From Nitrospirota bacterium (GTDB lineage Bacteria; Nitrospirota; UBA9217), in assembly GCA_963749655.1 (NCBI GenBank), contig CAVVOB010000018.1:64001-128000 (forward strand): a DNA stretch of 64,000 nt, written 5' to 3'. The notes below the pieces were generated by a model, which saw only the letters and a program-made list of their open reading frames with translations, did no database searches and was not told where the DNA came from. This document shows positions 18,899 through 28,600 of this stretch, piece by piece. A program made the translations under genes and the position numbers. The number at the start of each line of letters is the position of its first letter. Within the stretch, counting starts at the first letter, position 1.

Positions 18899-20062
18899 TT
18901 ATACTGCGACGGGTTCCTTTGCCGCTCCCGCGCGTTTTGCTGTTGCAGACGGTGCGGCTTCCACCATCGTGATGGCTTTCTTGGGGCACCGGCTTTCGCA
19001 CATCCTGCAGCCGATGCACTTGCTCTGGTCGACAACATGAAGCACACGAATATCGCCGGATATCGCATTGACGGGACAGACCTTGGCACAGACGTCGATG
19101 CCTGCGCACTTTGCAGGATCGATGAAAGCCTTCGGCCTCACGGGGATATAGTCGTGGATCGCATTGGTGGGGCACTTCTTCGTGCACAGGCCGCATACGA
19201 TGCACTTGCTGTGATCGATGCGTGCGAGATTATTGTCGATCTTGATGGCATCGACCGGGCAGGTCCTGACACAGATGCCGCAGGCAATGCAGCCTACCTG
19301 GCATTTTTTCTTTACATCGATACCCTTGTCCCTGCTGTGGCAGCTGATCACGACTGCCTTCGAGGCCTGGGCCAGTTCGATCACTTGCTTGGGGCAGGCC
19401 GCGACGCACTTCCCGCAGGCCGTGCATTTTTCCTGATTGATAAGCGGCAAATTGTCTGCGCTCATGGTAATCGCGCCAAAGGGACAGGCGCGCATGCAGG
19501 TGCCGTAACCCATGCATCCGAATTCGCAGGATTTGTCGCCGCCGGCCGCAAGCACCGCTGCCGTGCAGTCCTGCACGCCGGTATAAATGAACTTCCGCTG
19601 GCTGAGCGACTTCCCGCCCTGACAGAAGACGCGGGCGATCTTGGGATCCAGCTTCTCGGCCTTCTTCCCGGTGATTGTGGCGATCTTCTCGGCAACGGGA
19701 GCTTTGCCGGGCGCGCACATGCTGGCTGCGACGTCGGGATTGCCTACGACCGCCTCGGCATATCCCATGCAGCCCGCAAAACCGCAGGCGCCGCAGTTCG
19801 CTCCGGGCAGAGTCTCGCGCACCTGTTCCACCTTCGGGTCGACCTTTACCACGAACCGCGCTGCAACGATGGCGAGCGCGATGCCGAAAATGACGCCCAG
19901 CACGGCCAGGACGACGAGGCCGGACACGACGAGTTGGGACGGAACGAACTCCAAAGCCTCGGCCGATTCGCCGACACCGACGAGGGGCACTAATTTGTTG
20001 GCAAAGATGTTCAGGGCATGGGAGAGTGTGTGTACCAGGATAGAGATCAGTTGTTCATACAT
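18899..20062 (-). CDS. rnfB: Rnf complex subunit B with extended polyferredoxin domain
   Basis: TM helix, LPGANCGACGFAGC, several CxxCxxCxxxCP motifs; last gene of the rnfCDGEAB order. Confidence 0.92.
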   Translation of the reverse strand: MYEQLISILVHTLSHALNIFANKLVPLVGVGESAEALEFVPSQLVVSGLVVLAVLGVIFGIALAIVAARFVVKVDPKVEQVRETLPGANCGACGFAGCMGYAEAVVGNPDVAASMCAPGKAPVAEKIATITGKKAEKLDPKIARVFCQGGKSLSQRKFIYTGVQDCTAAVLAAGGDKSCEFGCMGYGTCMRACPFGAITMSADNLPLINQEKCTACGKCVAACPKQVIELAQASKAVVISCHSRDKGIDVKKKCQVGCIACGICVRTCPVDAIKIDNNLARIDHSKCIVCGLCTKKCPTNAIHDYIPVRPKAFIDPAKCAGIDVCAKVCPVNAISGDIRVLHVVDQSKCIGCRMCESRCPKKAITMVEAAPSATAKRAGAAKEPVAV

Positions 20063-20172
20063 GGGTTTGTACCTTCAGAAAATTTATTTTTGGAACCACC
20101 TAACGACCCGGCCATGAGGCTCTTTCATTCCCGTGGAGATCAGTCCCGACCTCGTCGGGAACCTCGCATTCG

Positions 20173-20757
20173 TTACAGCGTTATCATTCCCGAGAATCCC
20201 AGGAACGCCAGCGCGATCAATCCTGTCAGGACAAAGGATATCGGAAGCCCCTGGAAGGACTTCGGCACGTCGGCCAGCTCCAGCTTCTCGCGGATGCTCG
20301 CCATGATGATCAGCGCAAGGCTGAAGCCCAGCCCCGACCCCACGGCAAGCGCCATGCTTTCAAAGAGGCTGTAGTTTTCCTCGGCATTGATGATGGGAAC
20401 AGCCAGGATGATGCAGTTCGTGACGATCAGCGCGAGGTAAATGCCGAGCTTGTAGTACAGCGCGGGAGCCACTTTCTTCATGATCGTATCCGCCGCCTGC
20501 ACGAACGCGGCGACAACTCCGATGAAGATGACGATCTTCAGGAATCCCAGCTGATAGGGAACCATCACGTAGGTGTAAATCAGCCAGTTCAGGACCGCGC
20601 CGATCAGCATTACCGCCGTGAAGGTAAAGCTCATGCCGACCGCCGTTTCCATCCTTTTCGTCACGCCGAAAAAGATGCACAGCCCGAGGTAGCGCGAAAA
20701 TACGAAGTTATTAATGAGCGCCGATGCGATAAAGATTGTCAGAACATGCTGCCACAT
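20173..20757 (-). CDS. rnfA: Rnf complex subunit A
   Basis: INNFVFSRYLGLC, LIVTNC, IREKL, LAFLGFSG. Confidence 0.93.
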   Translation of the reverse strand: MWQHVLTIFIASALINNFVFSRYLGLCIFFGVTKRMETAVGMSFTFTAVMLIGAVLNWLIYTYVMVPYQLGFLKIVIFIGVVAAFVQAADTIMKKVAPALYYKLGIYLALIVTNCIILAVPIINAEENYSLFESMALAVGSGLGFSLALIIMASIREKLELADVPKSFQGLPISFVLTGLIALAFLGFSGMITL

Positions 20758-20775
20758 GAAACCTCCGGGTGAAAC

Positions 20776-20857
20776 AATTTCGGATTTCGAATTGTAAATT
20801 GCGAATTATGAAGCCCTGAGTTCCCAATCCGCAATCCGAAATCCACAATTCGAAATT
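20776..20857. repeat. Inverted heptamer tandem-repeat element between rnfE and rnfA
   Basis: Left arm ATTTCGG ATTTCGA ATTGTAA ATTGCGA ATT; right arm AATCCGC AATCCGA AATCCAC AATTCGA AAT. Confidence 0.85.
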
Positions 20858-20858
20858 A

Positions 20859-21488
20859 TCAATGTCCTCCGCTGCTCGCTCCGGAGCCGCCGAAGAACTT
20901 GCGGTCTATCCAGTTGAGCCAGCCCATCATAAGGCCCATGGCGAAGAAGCCGCCCGCCGGCATGATCATGATCAAGACCGGTTTTCCCGGCAGGATCTGA
21001 TTGCCCCAGAGTGCCCCTTTGCCGAGGAATTCCCTGAAGATGCCGAGCAGCACAAGGGCCAGCATGAACCCGAGCCCCATGGCTGCGCCGTCGACCAGAG
21101 ACGGAAGAAGTTTGTTCTTGCTCGCGAACATTTCCGCACGGGAAAGAACGATGGCAAAGGCCACGATGAGTACGATATAAAGGCCCATTTCTTTATAGAC
21201 CGCCCGCTGTGTCGCCGCCATCACCTGATCGGTGACCGTGACCCAGGTGGCAATGATGAACATGTACGAGGGGATCCTGACTTTGGGGTTAATGAAATTG
21301 CGCAGGAGCGAGACGGTGCCGTTCACCATGGTCATGACGAAGAGCACCGCGACGCCCATGAGGAAGCCGTTCTTCACTCCGCCCGTGACCGCCACTGCCG
21401 GACAGAGGGAAAGAGCAAGCCTGAAGACCGGGTTTTCCCCGAATACGCCGTTCTTGAAGATGGTCCAGTAATTGACGTTATTACTCAT
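20859..21488 (-). CDS. rnfE: Rnf complex subunit E
   Basis: ENPVFRLALSLCPAVAVT, VRIP, RAEMFASKN, PAGGF. Confidence 0.93.
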   Translation of the reverse strand: MSNNVNYWTIFKNGVFGENPVFRLALSLCPAVAVTGGVKNGFLMGVAVLFVMTMVNGTVSLLRNFINPKVRIPSYMFIIATWVTVTDQVMAATQRAVYKEMGLYIVLIVAFAIVLSRAEMFASKNKLLPSLVDGAAMGLGFMLALVLLGIFREFLGKGALWGNQILPGKPVLIMIMPAGGFFAMGLMMGWLNWIDRKFFGGSGASSGGH

Positions 21489-22071
21489 GATTCACCTCGT
21501 GGGCAGCCGTCTTGAAGCCCGCTCCGTATTTGTCGACGAGCGTCTGCACGGCGTCCTTGATCCCGTTGGTCACGCCGCGGCTCGAAATCGTCGCGCCTGA
21601 AATGGCCTGGATATTTTCCTTGGTTTCCCCTTTGATCAAAACGATCTGTGAAAGGTCCTTGCCCTTGAACTGATCGAGGAAACTCTTTTCCAGGACCTGG
21701 TCGCCCAGGCCGGGGGTTTCATTCATGCTCAGGACCTTCACGTCCTTGATTTTCAAGTCGGGATTGAGAGACACGAGCATCTGGATGAAGCTTGAATATC
21801 CCTTGCCCGCCGTGCTCGCGATATAGGCCACCGGTTTGCCTGATGCCGTCGCCGCGTAATACTCGAAGTTCTTGCTGTGGACGGACCATTTCCCCGAGGG
21901 CTGGATGGGATCGGTCGCATCAGGCGCCATTTCCTTGAGTGCTTCTTCTTTTTCCTTCTTCTCAGCTTTGTATTTGATGGGGGAAGTATATTTGTAGGTT
22001 ATCCCCATGATCAGTCCTGCCCCGATGAAGATCGCCACGAGGCTCAGGGTTATTTTCAGCATTTCCTTCAT
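21481..22071 (-). CDS. rnfG: Rnf complex subunit G
   Basis: GKGYSS, ETPGLG, FMN motif ISGATISS. Confidence 0.92.
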   Translation of the reverse strand: MKEMLKITLSLVAIFIGAGLIMGITYKYTSPIKYKAEKKEKEEALKEMAPDATDPIQPSGKWSVHSKNFEYYAATASGKPVAYIASTAGKGYSSFIQMLVSLNPDLKIKDVKVLSMNETPGLGDQVLEKSFLDQFKGKDLSQIVLIKGETKENIQAISGATISSRGVTNGIKDAVQTLVDKYGAGFKTAAHEVNHE

Positions 22072-23100
22072 TTCTTCACCCCCTTGGCCTCGGCTTTGCC
22101 GAAGACGGGACTCCTCATGCCGCGGTCAAGAAGCGGCGCAAAGCAGTTCATGAGAAGGATCGCGAACATCACGCCCTCCGGGTAGCCGCCCTTCAAACGG
22201 ATCAGGACCGTAAGCGCGCCGGCGCAGACGCCGAAAACGATCTGGGCATTGCGGACCGAAGGTCCGGTCACGTAGTCCGTCGCCATGAAGAAGGCGCCCA
22301 GGATCAGGCCGCCGGACATCATATGAAAGATCGGGTCGCCGCGTCATAAGGCCTTCCTTGCCGCCGAACATCCAGGTAAGAATCCCCACAGTCGCAATGA
22401 ACGGCACGGGAATATGCCAGGTGATGTAGCGTTTCATCATGAGAAAAGCAGCGCCGAGAAGAAGTGCTATGACCGACGTCTCGCCCAGGGATCCGGCCCG
22501 GTTCCCGATAAAGAGGTCCTGGTAAAGGGCGGCCTTGGTATGATAGATCTCGAGGAGCTTCGCCATGCCCTCTTCCTTCAAGAGAACCAGGGGCGTCGCC
22601 GTTGTTTTGGCGTCCACGGCCATAAAGGAGGTAACCGGAGCGACGAAGGTCGTCATGATCTTGGCGAAACTGATCAGGACAAAGGCCCGGCCGACGAGGG
22701 CAGGGTTGAAGATATTGAAGCCGAGGCCGCCGAACAGGTGCTTGGCGATCATGATGGCCACGATGGACCCGACGAAAGGAATGTAAAGCGGCGCGTTGGC
22801 CGGCAGGTTCATGGCCAGAAGAAGGCCGGTCAGAAAGGCGCTGCCGTCGGCGAGCGTTATGGGCTTCTTCAGCAGCCACTGCATCCCGGCTTCGGCAAGG
22901 AGCGAAGTCACGATGCAGACGAGGATGACCATGATGGCAGGCATGCCGAAATAGTACACCGACATCAGCGTCGCCGGAAGGAGCGCACCGCTCACGGTCC
23001 ACATGATCTTCGCCGTGCTTTCCGTGTCATGCATGTGGGGACCGATCGAGACGATCAGTTTTGGCTGTTCTTTCACTGCTTCTTTTACCGGTGCTTCCAT
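22068..23100 (-). CDS. rnfD: Rnf complex subunit D (frameshift ~22340)
   Basis: [31 protein letters not shown]; second frame [22 protein letters not shown]. Confidence 0.9.
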
Positions 23101-23116
23101 GAGAGTCCTTTCTTCA

Positions 23117-23193
23117 AGGCGCATGGGGCATCGAGCACGGCGACGTACTCGACGGCATTTACCCTCTGCGCTCCGCGCTCTGTTCTATGCGTT
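23117..23193. repeat. Degenerate inverted heptamer element between rnfC and rnfD
   Basis: AGGCGCA TGGGGCA TCGAGCA ... CTCTGCG CTCCGCG CTCTGTT CTATGCG. Confidence 0.6.
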
Positions 23194-24525
23194 CTAGTTT
23201 TTCTTCTTCGCCAGCTCCCGCTTGGCCTTCTTCACCCACTGAACGATCGGCCGGTTCGCAGGGCAGACAAAGGTGCAGGAGCCGCATTCGAAGCAATCCA
23301 TGAGGTTGTAGTCCTTGGCATCCTGGTAGTGTCCCTTTTCGATGAAGACGCCGATGACGGAGGGCTGCAGTTTCATGGGGCAGGCATCGATGCAGCGCGC
23401 ACAGCGGATGCAGGGTCCGTAGGGTTTCGTGCTCACTTCGCTCTTCGGCAGGACCGTGATGCCCGAAGTGCCTTTGATCACCGGCACGTCGAGGGTATAC
23501 TGGCTCATGCCCATCATGGGGCCGCCGGAGATCACCTTGCCTGCGTCTTCGGTCAGGCCGCCCGCTTCTTCAATGAGCTGGGTAAACGGCGTTCCGATGC
23601 GGGCCAGGAAGTTCTTCGGCTCCTTCACGCCCCGGCCGGTCACGGTCACGTAACGCTCGATGAGCGGCTTGCCGAAGCGCACTGCGCTGTAGATCGCCTC
23701 GGCGGTGCCGACATTCTGCACCACCACACCGACATCCATGGGAAGGCCGCCAGCGGGAACCGTCCTGCCGGCGATGGCCTTGATAAGCATTTTTTCTGCG
23801 CCCTGGGGGTACTTTACCTTGACCGGCCAGACCTTGACGTCCGATCCGGCCGCCGCCTTCGTCATGGCCTCGATCGCATCGGGCTTGTTGGCTTCGATGC
23901 CGATGTAGCCCTTGCTCACATTCAGGATCCGCATCAGGATCTTGAGGCCTTCAACGATTTCCCGGGATTTTTCGAGCATGAGCCGATGGTCCGAGGTGAG
24001 GTACGGCTCGCATTCGGCGCCGTTCAGGATCACGACGTCGATCGGCTTTTCCTTGGGCGGGGAAAGCTTCACATGGGTGGGGAACGTGGCGCCGCCCATG
24101 CCCACGATCCCGGCGTCGGCAACCATCTTCTTCAGTTCCTCGGGGCTCAGGGTCAGATAATCGGAAGTTTCCTTCAGACCCCCGACCCACTCATCCTTGC
24201 CGTCGCTCTCGATCACGATCGACGGAATGTCCATGCCGAGGATGTGCGGGAAGCTGCCGAGGGCGACCACCTTGCCGGATACCGACGCATGGACGGGCGC
24301 GGAAACAAAGCCGGTGGTCTCACCGATCTTTTCTCCTTTTTTTACTTCCTGTCCGATGACGACAAGTGCCTTGGTGGGTGCTCCGATGTGCTGGCTTAAC
24401 GGGATGACTGCTCTTTTGGGGATCGCTGCGGAAACGGTGGGTTTGTGTGCTGTGAGCTGCTTGTTATCAGCAGGATGCACACCTCCGCTGAACGTGTCGT
24501 GTGCTTTTACGGTTGAGGCTTCCAT
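23194..24525 (-). CDS. rnfC: Rnf complex subunit C
   Basis: FSGGVHP, GIVGMGGATFPT, NGAECEPYLTSD, CIRCARCIDACP, CFECGSCTFVCP. Confidence 0.95.
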   Translation of the reverse strand: MEASTVKAHDTFSGGVHPADNKQLTAHKPTVSAAIPKRAVIPLSQHIGAPTKALVVIGQEVKKGEKIGETTGFVSAPVHASVSGKVVALGSFPHILGMDIPSIVIESDGKDEWVGGLKETSDYLTLSPEELKKMVADAGIVGMGGATFPTHVKLSPPKEKPIDVVILNGAECEPYLTSDHRLMLEKSREIVEGLKILMRILNVSKGYIGIEANKPDAIEAMTKAAAGSDVKVWPVKVKYPQGAEKMLIKAIAGRTVPAGGLPMDVGVVVQNVGTAEAIYSAVRFGKPLIERYVTVTGRGVKEPKNFLARIGTPFTQLIEEAGGLTEDAGKVISGGPMMGMSQYTLDVPVIKGTSGITVLPKSEVSTKPYGPCIRCARCIDACPMKLQPSVIGVFIEKGHYQDAKDYNLMDCFECGSCTFVCPANRPIVQWVKKAKRELAKKKN

Positions 24526-24605
24526 TCTGTCTCACCTGCCATTTTATATGTTATATGTAATGAACTATGAAATTACAGTTTGAGAATTTCTAAAAAGCCG
24601 CACCG

Positions 24606-24634
24606 TTTATAGCAGAATGATCCGGATGTGTCAA
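24606..24634 (-). promoter_or_regulatory. Sigma70 promoter of the rnf operon
   Basis: TTGACA-17 bp-(TG)N-TATAAA on the minus strand. Confidence 0.7.
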
Positions 24635-24849
24635 GTTAATTTTTCCCCGATGACACCGTCGTTCACGCTGTTTGTTACAATTCGAAACACCGGGGAGGTC
24701 GTTTGCCGGGTGCGGATAAAACCGCGGGAACCATAAGCTGGCGAGCACCAACTTCGGCGCAAAAATTTCCTTGTACGCAGAGATGAGAGGCCTTCGGGGT
24801 GAGATCGCCGACTGAACAGTCGGACGGAAATTTTGGCTGCCGCCGATGA

Positions 24850-24909
24850 CGTAAAGCAAGGGACCGCCGGGTTCTGCCTCCAAGAGCGGGTGCAGGACCC
24901 GGCGATCCT
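24850..24909 (-). terminator. Hairpin/terminator after nfu
   Basis: CGCCGGGTTCTGC...GCAGGACCCGGCG stem followed by CTTGCTTT on the minus strand. Confidence 0.5.
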
Positions 24910-24940
24910 CATAAACAACAATCCTGATGCAGAAAAATCC

Positions 24941-25168
24941 TTATGCCACCTGAACGACTTCCTTGACGCTGGGGACTTCCTGTTTCAGCATCTTCTCGAT
25001 GCCCATCTTGAGCGTCATGGTCGACATGGGGCATGACCCGCATGCGCCTTTGAGCCGGACCTTTACGGTTCCGGCGTCGTCAACGCTTACCAGCTCCACA
25101 TCGCCGCCGTCCCGCTGGAGCATGGGCCGCACCTTCTTGAGCGCCTCTTCAACTTGTTCCTTCATCAT
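24941..25168 (-). CDS. NifU C-terminal / Nfu-type Fe-S carrier
   Basis: [33 protein letters not shown]. Confidence 0.92.
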   Translation of the reverse strand: MMKEQVEEALKKVRPMLQRDGGDVELVSVDDAGTVKVRLKGACGSCPMSTMTLKMGIEKMLKQEVPSVKEVVQVA

Positions 25169-25337
25169 CGTCTCCTTTTTCCACCGGTGAATGCGATAAC
25201 AGCATTATTATACACTTTTGTACCTCCCTTGAACAGGATTTTCTATGATCTGGATCATCCTGCCGGCCCACCATTTCGGTTGACTTACCCGCCTCCTTCT
25301 GCTAAGAATACATCGTTGTGCGGAACACGCAAGCCTG

Positions 25338-25713
25338 ATGATGAACTTACTGCTTATAGGCATGGGCGGCTTCATAGGCGCTATCGCGCGGTACGGGGTC
25401 GCCGTCTGGATCGGCCAGAGATGGGGACGGAGTTTCCCCCTTGGGACCTTCGTTATCAACGTCTCCGGCAGTTTTTTAATCGGCCTCCTGATGACGCTCA
25501 TGACCGAACGGATAATCGAAAACCCGCAATGGCGACTGCTGCTCGTGGTCGGGTTTCTCGGCGCCTATACCACGTTCTCGACCTTTGAATATGAAACGGG
25601 AGCTCTGCTCAGGGACGGAGAATGGCTGCTATGCGCTCCTCAATGTGGTCGGAAGCGTGGTTGTCGGTTTCAGCGCGTTGAAGCTGGGAGAAGTGATCGC
25701 GAAGAGCATATAA
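25338..25713 (+). CDS. crcB: Fluoride channel Fluc/CrcB (frameshift ~25630)
   Basis: GGFIGAIARY, FPLGTFVIN, GFLGAYTTFSTF; second frame ends ...KLGEVIAKSI*. Confidence 0.9.
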
Positions 25714-25751
25714 TTCTATCTCGGAGACGGAAAAGAAAGGACACGGTGAGC

Positions 25752-25843
25752 ATCCGCAGATTTCGCAGATGACGCAAATTGAGGGACGCTGGATCCCCGC
25801 TTTCGCGGGGACGACCTCTGTGAAATCTGTGCAATCTGCGGAT
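25752..25843. repeat. Inverted 9-mer repeat element with a nested dRS3/REP-like hairpin
   Basis: ATCCGCAGATTTCGCAGATGACGCAAAT ... ATCTGTGCAATCTGCGGAT enclosing CTGGATCCCCGCTTTCGCGGGGACGAC. Confidence 0.8.
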
Positions 25844-25897
25844 AAAAAGATTCCAGCTTTACCGTGTTCACCTGTGGTTAAGAAGAAGGAGAGCTCC

Positions 25898-26236
25898 ATG
25901 GTCAAGAGCGGACCTGCAAAAAAACTGACAATCTATATAGACGAGTCCGACAAACTGCACGGCAGGCCTGTCTATGAGGTCCTGCTGGATATCTTCTATA
26001 AAAGGAAGATCGCCGGTGCGAGCGTGTTTCGCGGTATCGAGGGATACGGGAGCGACGGAGTGTTTCATACGGCGAAGATTCTCGAGCTGTCCACGTCCCT
26101 TCCGGTAAAAATTGAAGTCGTGGACTCCGAAGAGATGATCAACGGTGTCCTGGACGATGTCGCCTCGATCGTCGAAAAAGGTCTCATCGAAGTCAGCGAT
26201 ACAAACGTCATCAAGTGCTGCGAACGGAAGAAGTAG
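25898..26236 (+). CDS. DUF190 (PII-like) protein, the usual crcB partner
   Basis: KLTIYIDESD, AGASVFRGIEGYG, LSTSLPVKIEVVDSEE; AAGGAG RBS. Confidence 0.88.
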   Translation: MVKSGPAKKLTIYIDESDKLHGRPVYEVLLDIFYKRKIAGASVFRGIEGYGSDGVFHTAKILELSTSLPVKIEVVDSEEMINGVLDDVASIVEKGLIEVSDTNVIKCCERKK

Positions 26237-26250
26237 CGTAGAATCCGGAA

Positions 26251-26938
26251 ATGCCCATCCAATCTCTCGACGCCCAGCTGCTCCTTTTCATCAACCATAA
26301 GACGGTGAACGCCCTTTTCGACGTGGTCATGCCCGCGCTGTCGCTCAATGGGTATCTGCTCGTTGCACCGTTCCTGGTCGGTCTGCTTGTGTGGGGTTAC
26401 GCGGAAAAAAATGAACCGGGAAAGAACCGTCTTCCGGACGCGATCGCCTCAATGGTTATCGCCTGTCTTGCGGTGTACCTTGCGGGGCATATCGAACACT
26501 GGCTGAAAGATCTGATCGCACGCGTCCGGCCCTGCCGGGCGCTCGAAGGATGTCCGGCTCATCCTTGCCTGTCCGCGGTCCTATTCCATGCCGTCGGGCC
26601 ACGCATTCAGTTCCTTTGCCTTTGCCTCGCCCCTCTTTTTTCTGAGCCGGAAATTTGTCCCGATCCGATGGCGCATCTATCCTCTTGTCCTTGCCGCGCT
26701 GATCGCTTTCTCGCGGCTCTACCTGGGAGTGCACTATCCGACCGATGTCCTTGCGGGCACAACGTTGGGAGTTGTCGTCGGGCTGGGGCTGTCGTTTCTC
26801 TATGAGATGATGGCGGTGAGGAGTACTCCGGGCAGAAATCTAAATCCGCAAGGTCAAATTTCGGAATTTCTTTCGCTCGCATTCCGTATTCCGCATTCCG
26901 CATTCGTACTCACTCCTTCCACCCATGGTTCCCGATGA
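26251..26938 (+). CDS. PAP2-family membrane phosphatase (frameshift ~26555)
   Basis: LKDLIARVRP, SMPSGHA, SRLYLGVHYPTDV across two frames. Confidence 0.85.
26877..26907. repeat. Heptamer tandem repeat (ATTCCGC family) at the PAP2/pcm convergence
   Basis: TCGC ATTCCGT ATTCCGC ATTCCGC ATTCGT. Confidence 0.75.
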
Positions 26939-27569
26939 GCGGAACGAATACGCAGGGGATGCTTTTTGTCGTGGACACGCCTTCTGCCGTCTTGACGATC
27001 TTTGCGAGCGTCTGGGAGTAGCGTTCGCCCACGGGGATCACCATCCTGCCGCCCTCTTTCAGCTGGTCCACCAGAGGTTGAGGCACATCTGGCGATGCTG
27101 CGGTTACGATGATTGCGTCGAAGGGCGCCATCTCCTTCCACCCGTATGTGCCGTCGTAGACCTTGATCGCCACGCTCCGGTACCCGAGCCGGTCGAGATT
27201 CAGCCTGGCGCGGTCCGCAAGGGTCTTGATGCGCTCCACCGTATAGACCTTTTCGCACAGTTCGGCAAGCACCGCTGCCTGGTATCCCGATCCGGTGCCG
27301 ATCTCGAGCACCCGCTCCGGACCGCTGAGCGCCAGGAGTTCGGTCATCGCCGCAACCATGTAAGGCTGCGACATGGTTTGGGACTCGCCGAGGGGCAGCG
27401 CGCTGTCCTGGTATGCCATGCCGCGGATGGCCTCAGGAAGAAATTCGTGCCTCGGCACCTTGCGCATGGCATCGAGGACCCGCGGGTTCCGGATACCCCG
27501 CGCCACGATTTGCTCCTCCACCATGCGACCACGTTCCTTCTCGTAGTTGATCAACAGGCTTTTCTCCAC
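26910..27569 (-). CDS. pcm: Protein-L-isoaspartate O-methyltransferase
   Basis: VPRHEF, QTMSQPYMVA, VLEIGTGSGYQAAVL, APFDAIIVTAA. Confidence 0.95.
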   Translation of the reverse strand: MEKSLLINYEKERGRMVEEQIVARGIRNPRVLDAMRKVPRHEFLPEAIRGMAYQDSALPLGESQTMSQPYMVAAMTELLALSGPERVLEIGTGSGYQAAVLAELCEKVYTVERIKTLADRARLNLDRLGYRSVAIKVYDGTYGWKEMAPFDAIIVTAASPDVPQPLVDQLKEGGRMVIPVGERYSQTLAKIVKTAEGVSTTKSIPCVFVPLIGNHGWKE

Positions 27570-27672
27570 AGACCATTTTCTCCGACAAGAGCGGAATCAC
27601 GTATTCCGCGCAACGGGCGCCGCCCGATACGTCTCATCATCGTTCGGCGGTGCGTCCTTCCCGACTCAATTC

Positions 27673-28449
27673 TCAATCCCCGCTCCGCTGTTTCACCGGC
27701 TCCTCATAAGTCGTCTTTTCCAGTGACCGTAGGCGGTCAAAAGACGCGTAATCGGTCATGTCGAGATGCAGCGGCGTGATGGAGACATACTTCCGGTCAA
27801 CAGCGTCGAGGTCGGTCCCTTCCTCCCGTTCCCAGTCCGGCTCCCCTCCACCGATCCAGTAGTACTTTTTGCCCCGCGGATCCACGCGCTCCACGGTCAT
27901 CTGATGATAGATCCGCTTGCCCAGCCTGGTGATCACGGTGCCCTGCAGCTCGGAAACCGGAAGGTTCGGAACATTGACATTGAGCAGCGTGCCGCTGGGA
28001 AGCCCCTCTTTCAGGACCTGCGCTGCGATGCGCGCCGCGATCTCGGCAGCCTCGGCGAAACGAAAATCCTCGCGCGCGGAGAGCGACACGGCAAAGGACG
28101 GGATTCCGAGCAGGATGCCTTCGATCGCTCCGGCAACGGTGCCCGAATAGGTCACATCGTCGCCGAGGTTCGGGCCCTTGTTGATGCCCGAAACAACGAG
28201 ACGGGGTGTCTCCTTCAGGAGCCCCTTCACGGCGATGTTCACGCAGTCCGTAGGCGTGCCGTTCACGCTGTACATCGAGTCCTTGAGCTCCTCGATGAGA
28301 AGCGGCCGGTGGAGCGTCATGGAATGGCCCGTAGCGCTGCGCTCGCGGTCCGGAGCGACGATTACCACCTTGTCGAGCTCGCGAAGCCGCTTCGCAAGGA
28401 TCTGGATGCCCGGCGAATAAACGCCGTCATCGTTCGTCACAAGAATCAT
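27673..28449 (-). CDS. surE: 5'/3'-nucleotidase SurE
   Basis: ILVTNDDG, GTPTDCV, SGINKGPNLG, YSGTVAGA. Confidence 0.96.
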   Translation of the reverse strand: MILVTNDDGVYSPGIQILAKRLRELDKVVIVAPDRERSATGHSMTLHRPLLIEELKDSMYSVNGTPTDCVNIAVKGLLKETPRLVVSGINKGPNLGDDVTYSGTVAGAIEGILLGIPSFAVSLSAREDFRFAEAAEIAARIAAQVLKEGLPSGTLLNVNVPNLPVSELQGTVITRLGKRIYHQMTVERVDPRGKKYYWIGGGEPDWEREEGTDLDAVDRKYVSITPLHLDMTDYASFDRLRSLEKTTYEEPVKQRSGD

Positions 28450-28600
28450 GATTCAAACCTCTGAATGGGGTTAAGATAAGGTTTCCATGAGGGTTATACA
28501 ATAAAAGCGCCGGGAAAGTAAAGGGGAAAGAAAACGTCACAACGCCGTTCACGGGCGACAAAAGCGCGCATGCAGATCGACACGACGCAGAGTCGGCTTG

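Noticed and set aside
22414-24399. Long antisense ORFs (661 aa opposite rnfCD; also 28598-30238, 30543-32177, 58672-60267, 6141-7649)
   Set aside because: Shadow frames of GC-rich genes with no recognisable motifs; the opposite strand carries well-supported genes.
24579-24595. Rex-like operator TTTGAGAATTTCTAAAA downstream of the rnf promoter
   Set aside because: Position is plausible, but the match to the TTGTGAA-N4-TTCACAA consensus is too weak to call without a motif scan.
25200-25340. Fluoride riboswitch upstream of crcB
   Set aside because: The conserved GGCGATGG...GCTGATGAC core is not recognisable; only a promoter-like TTGACT is present.
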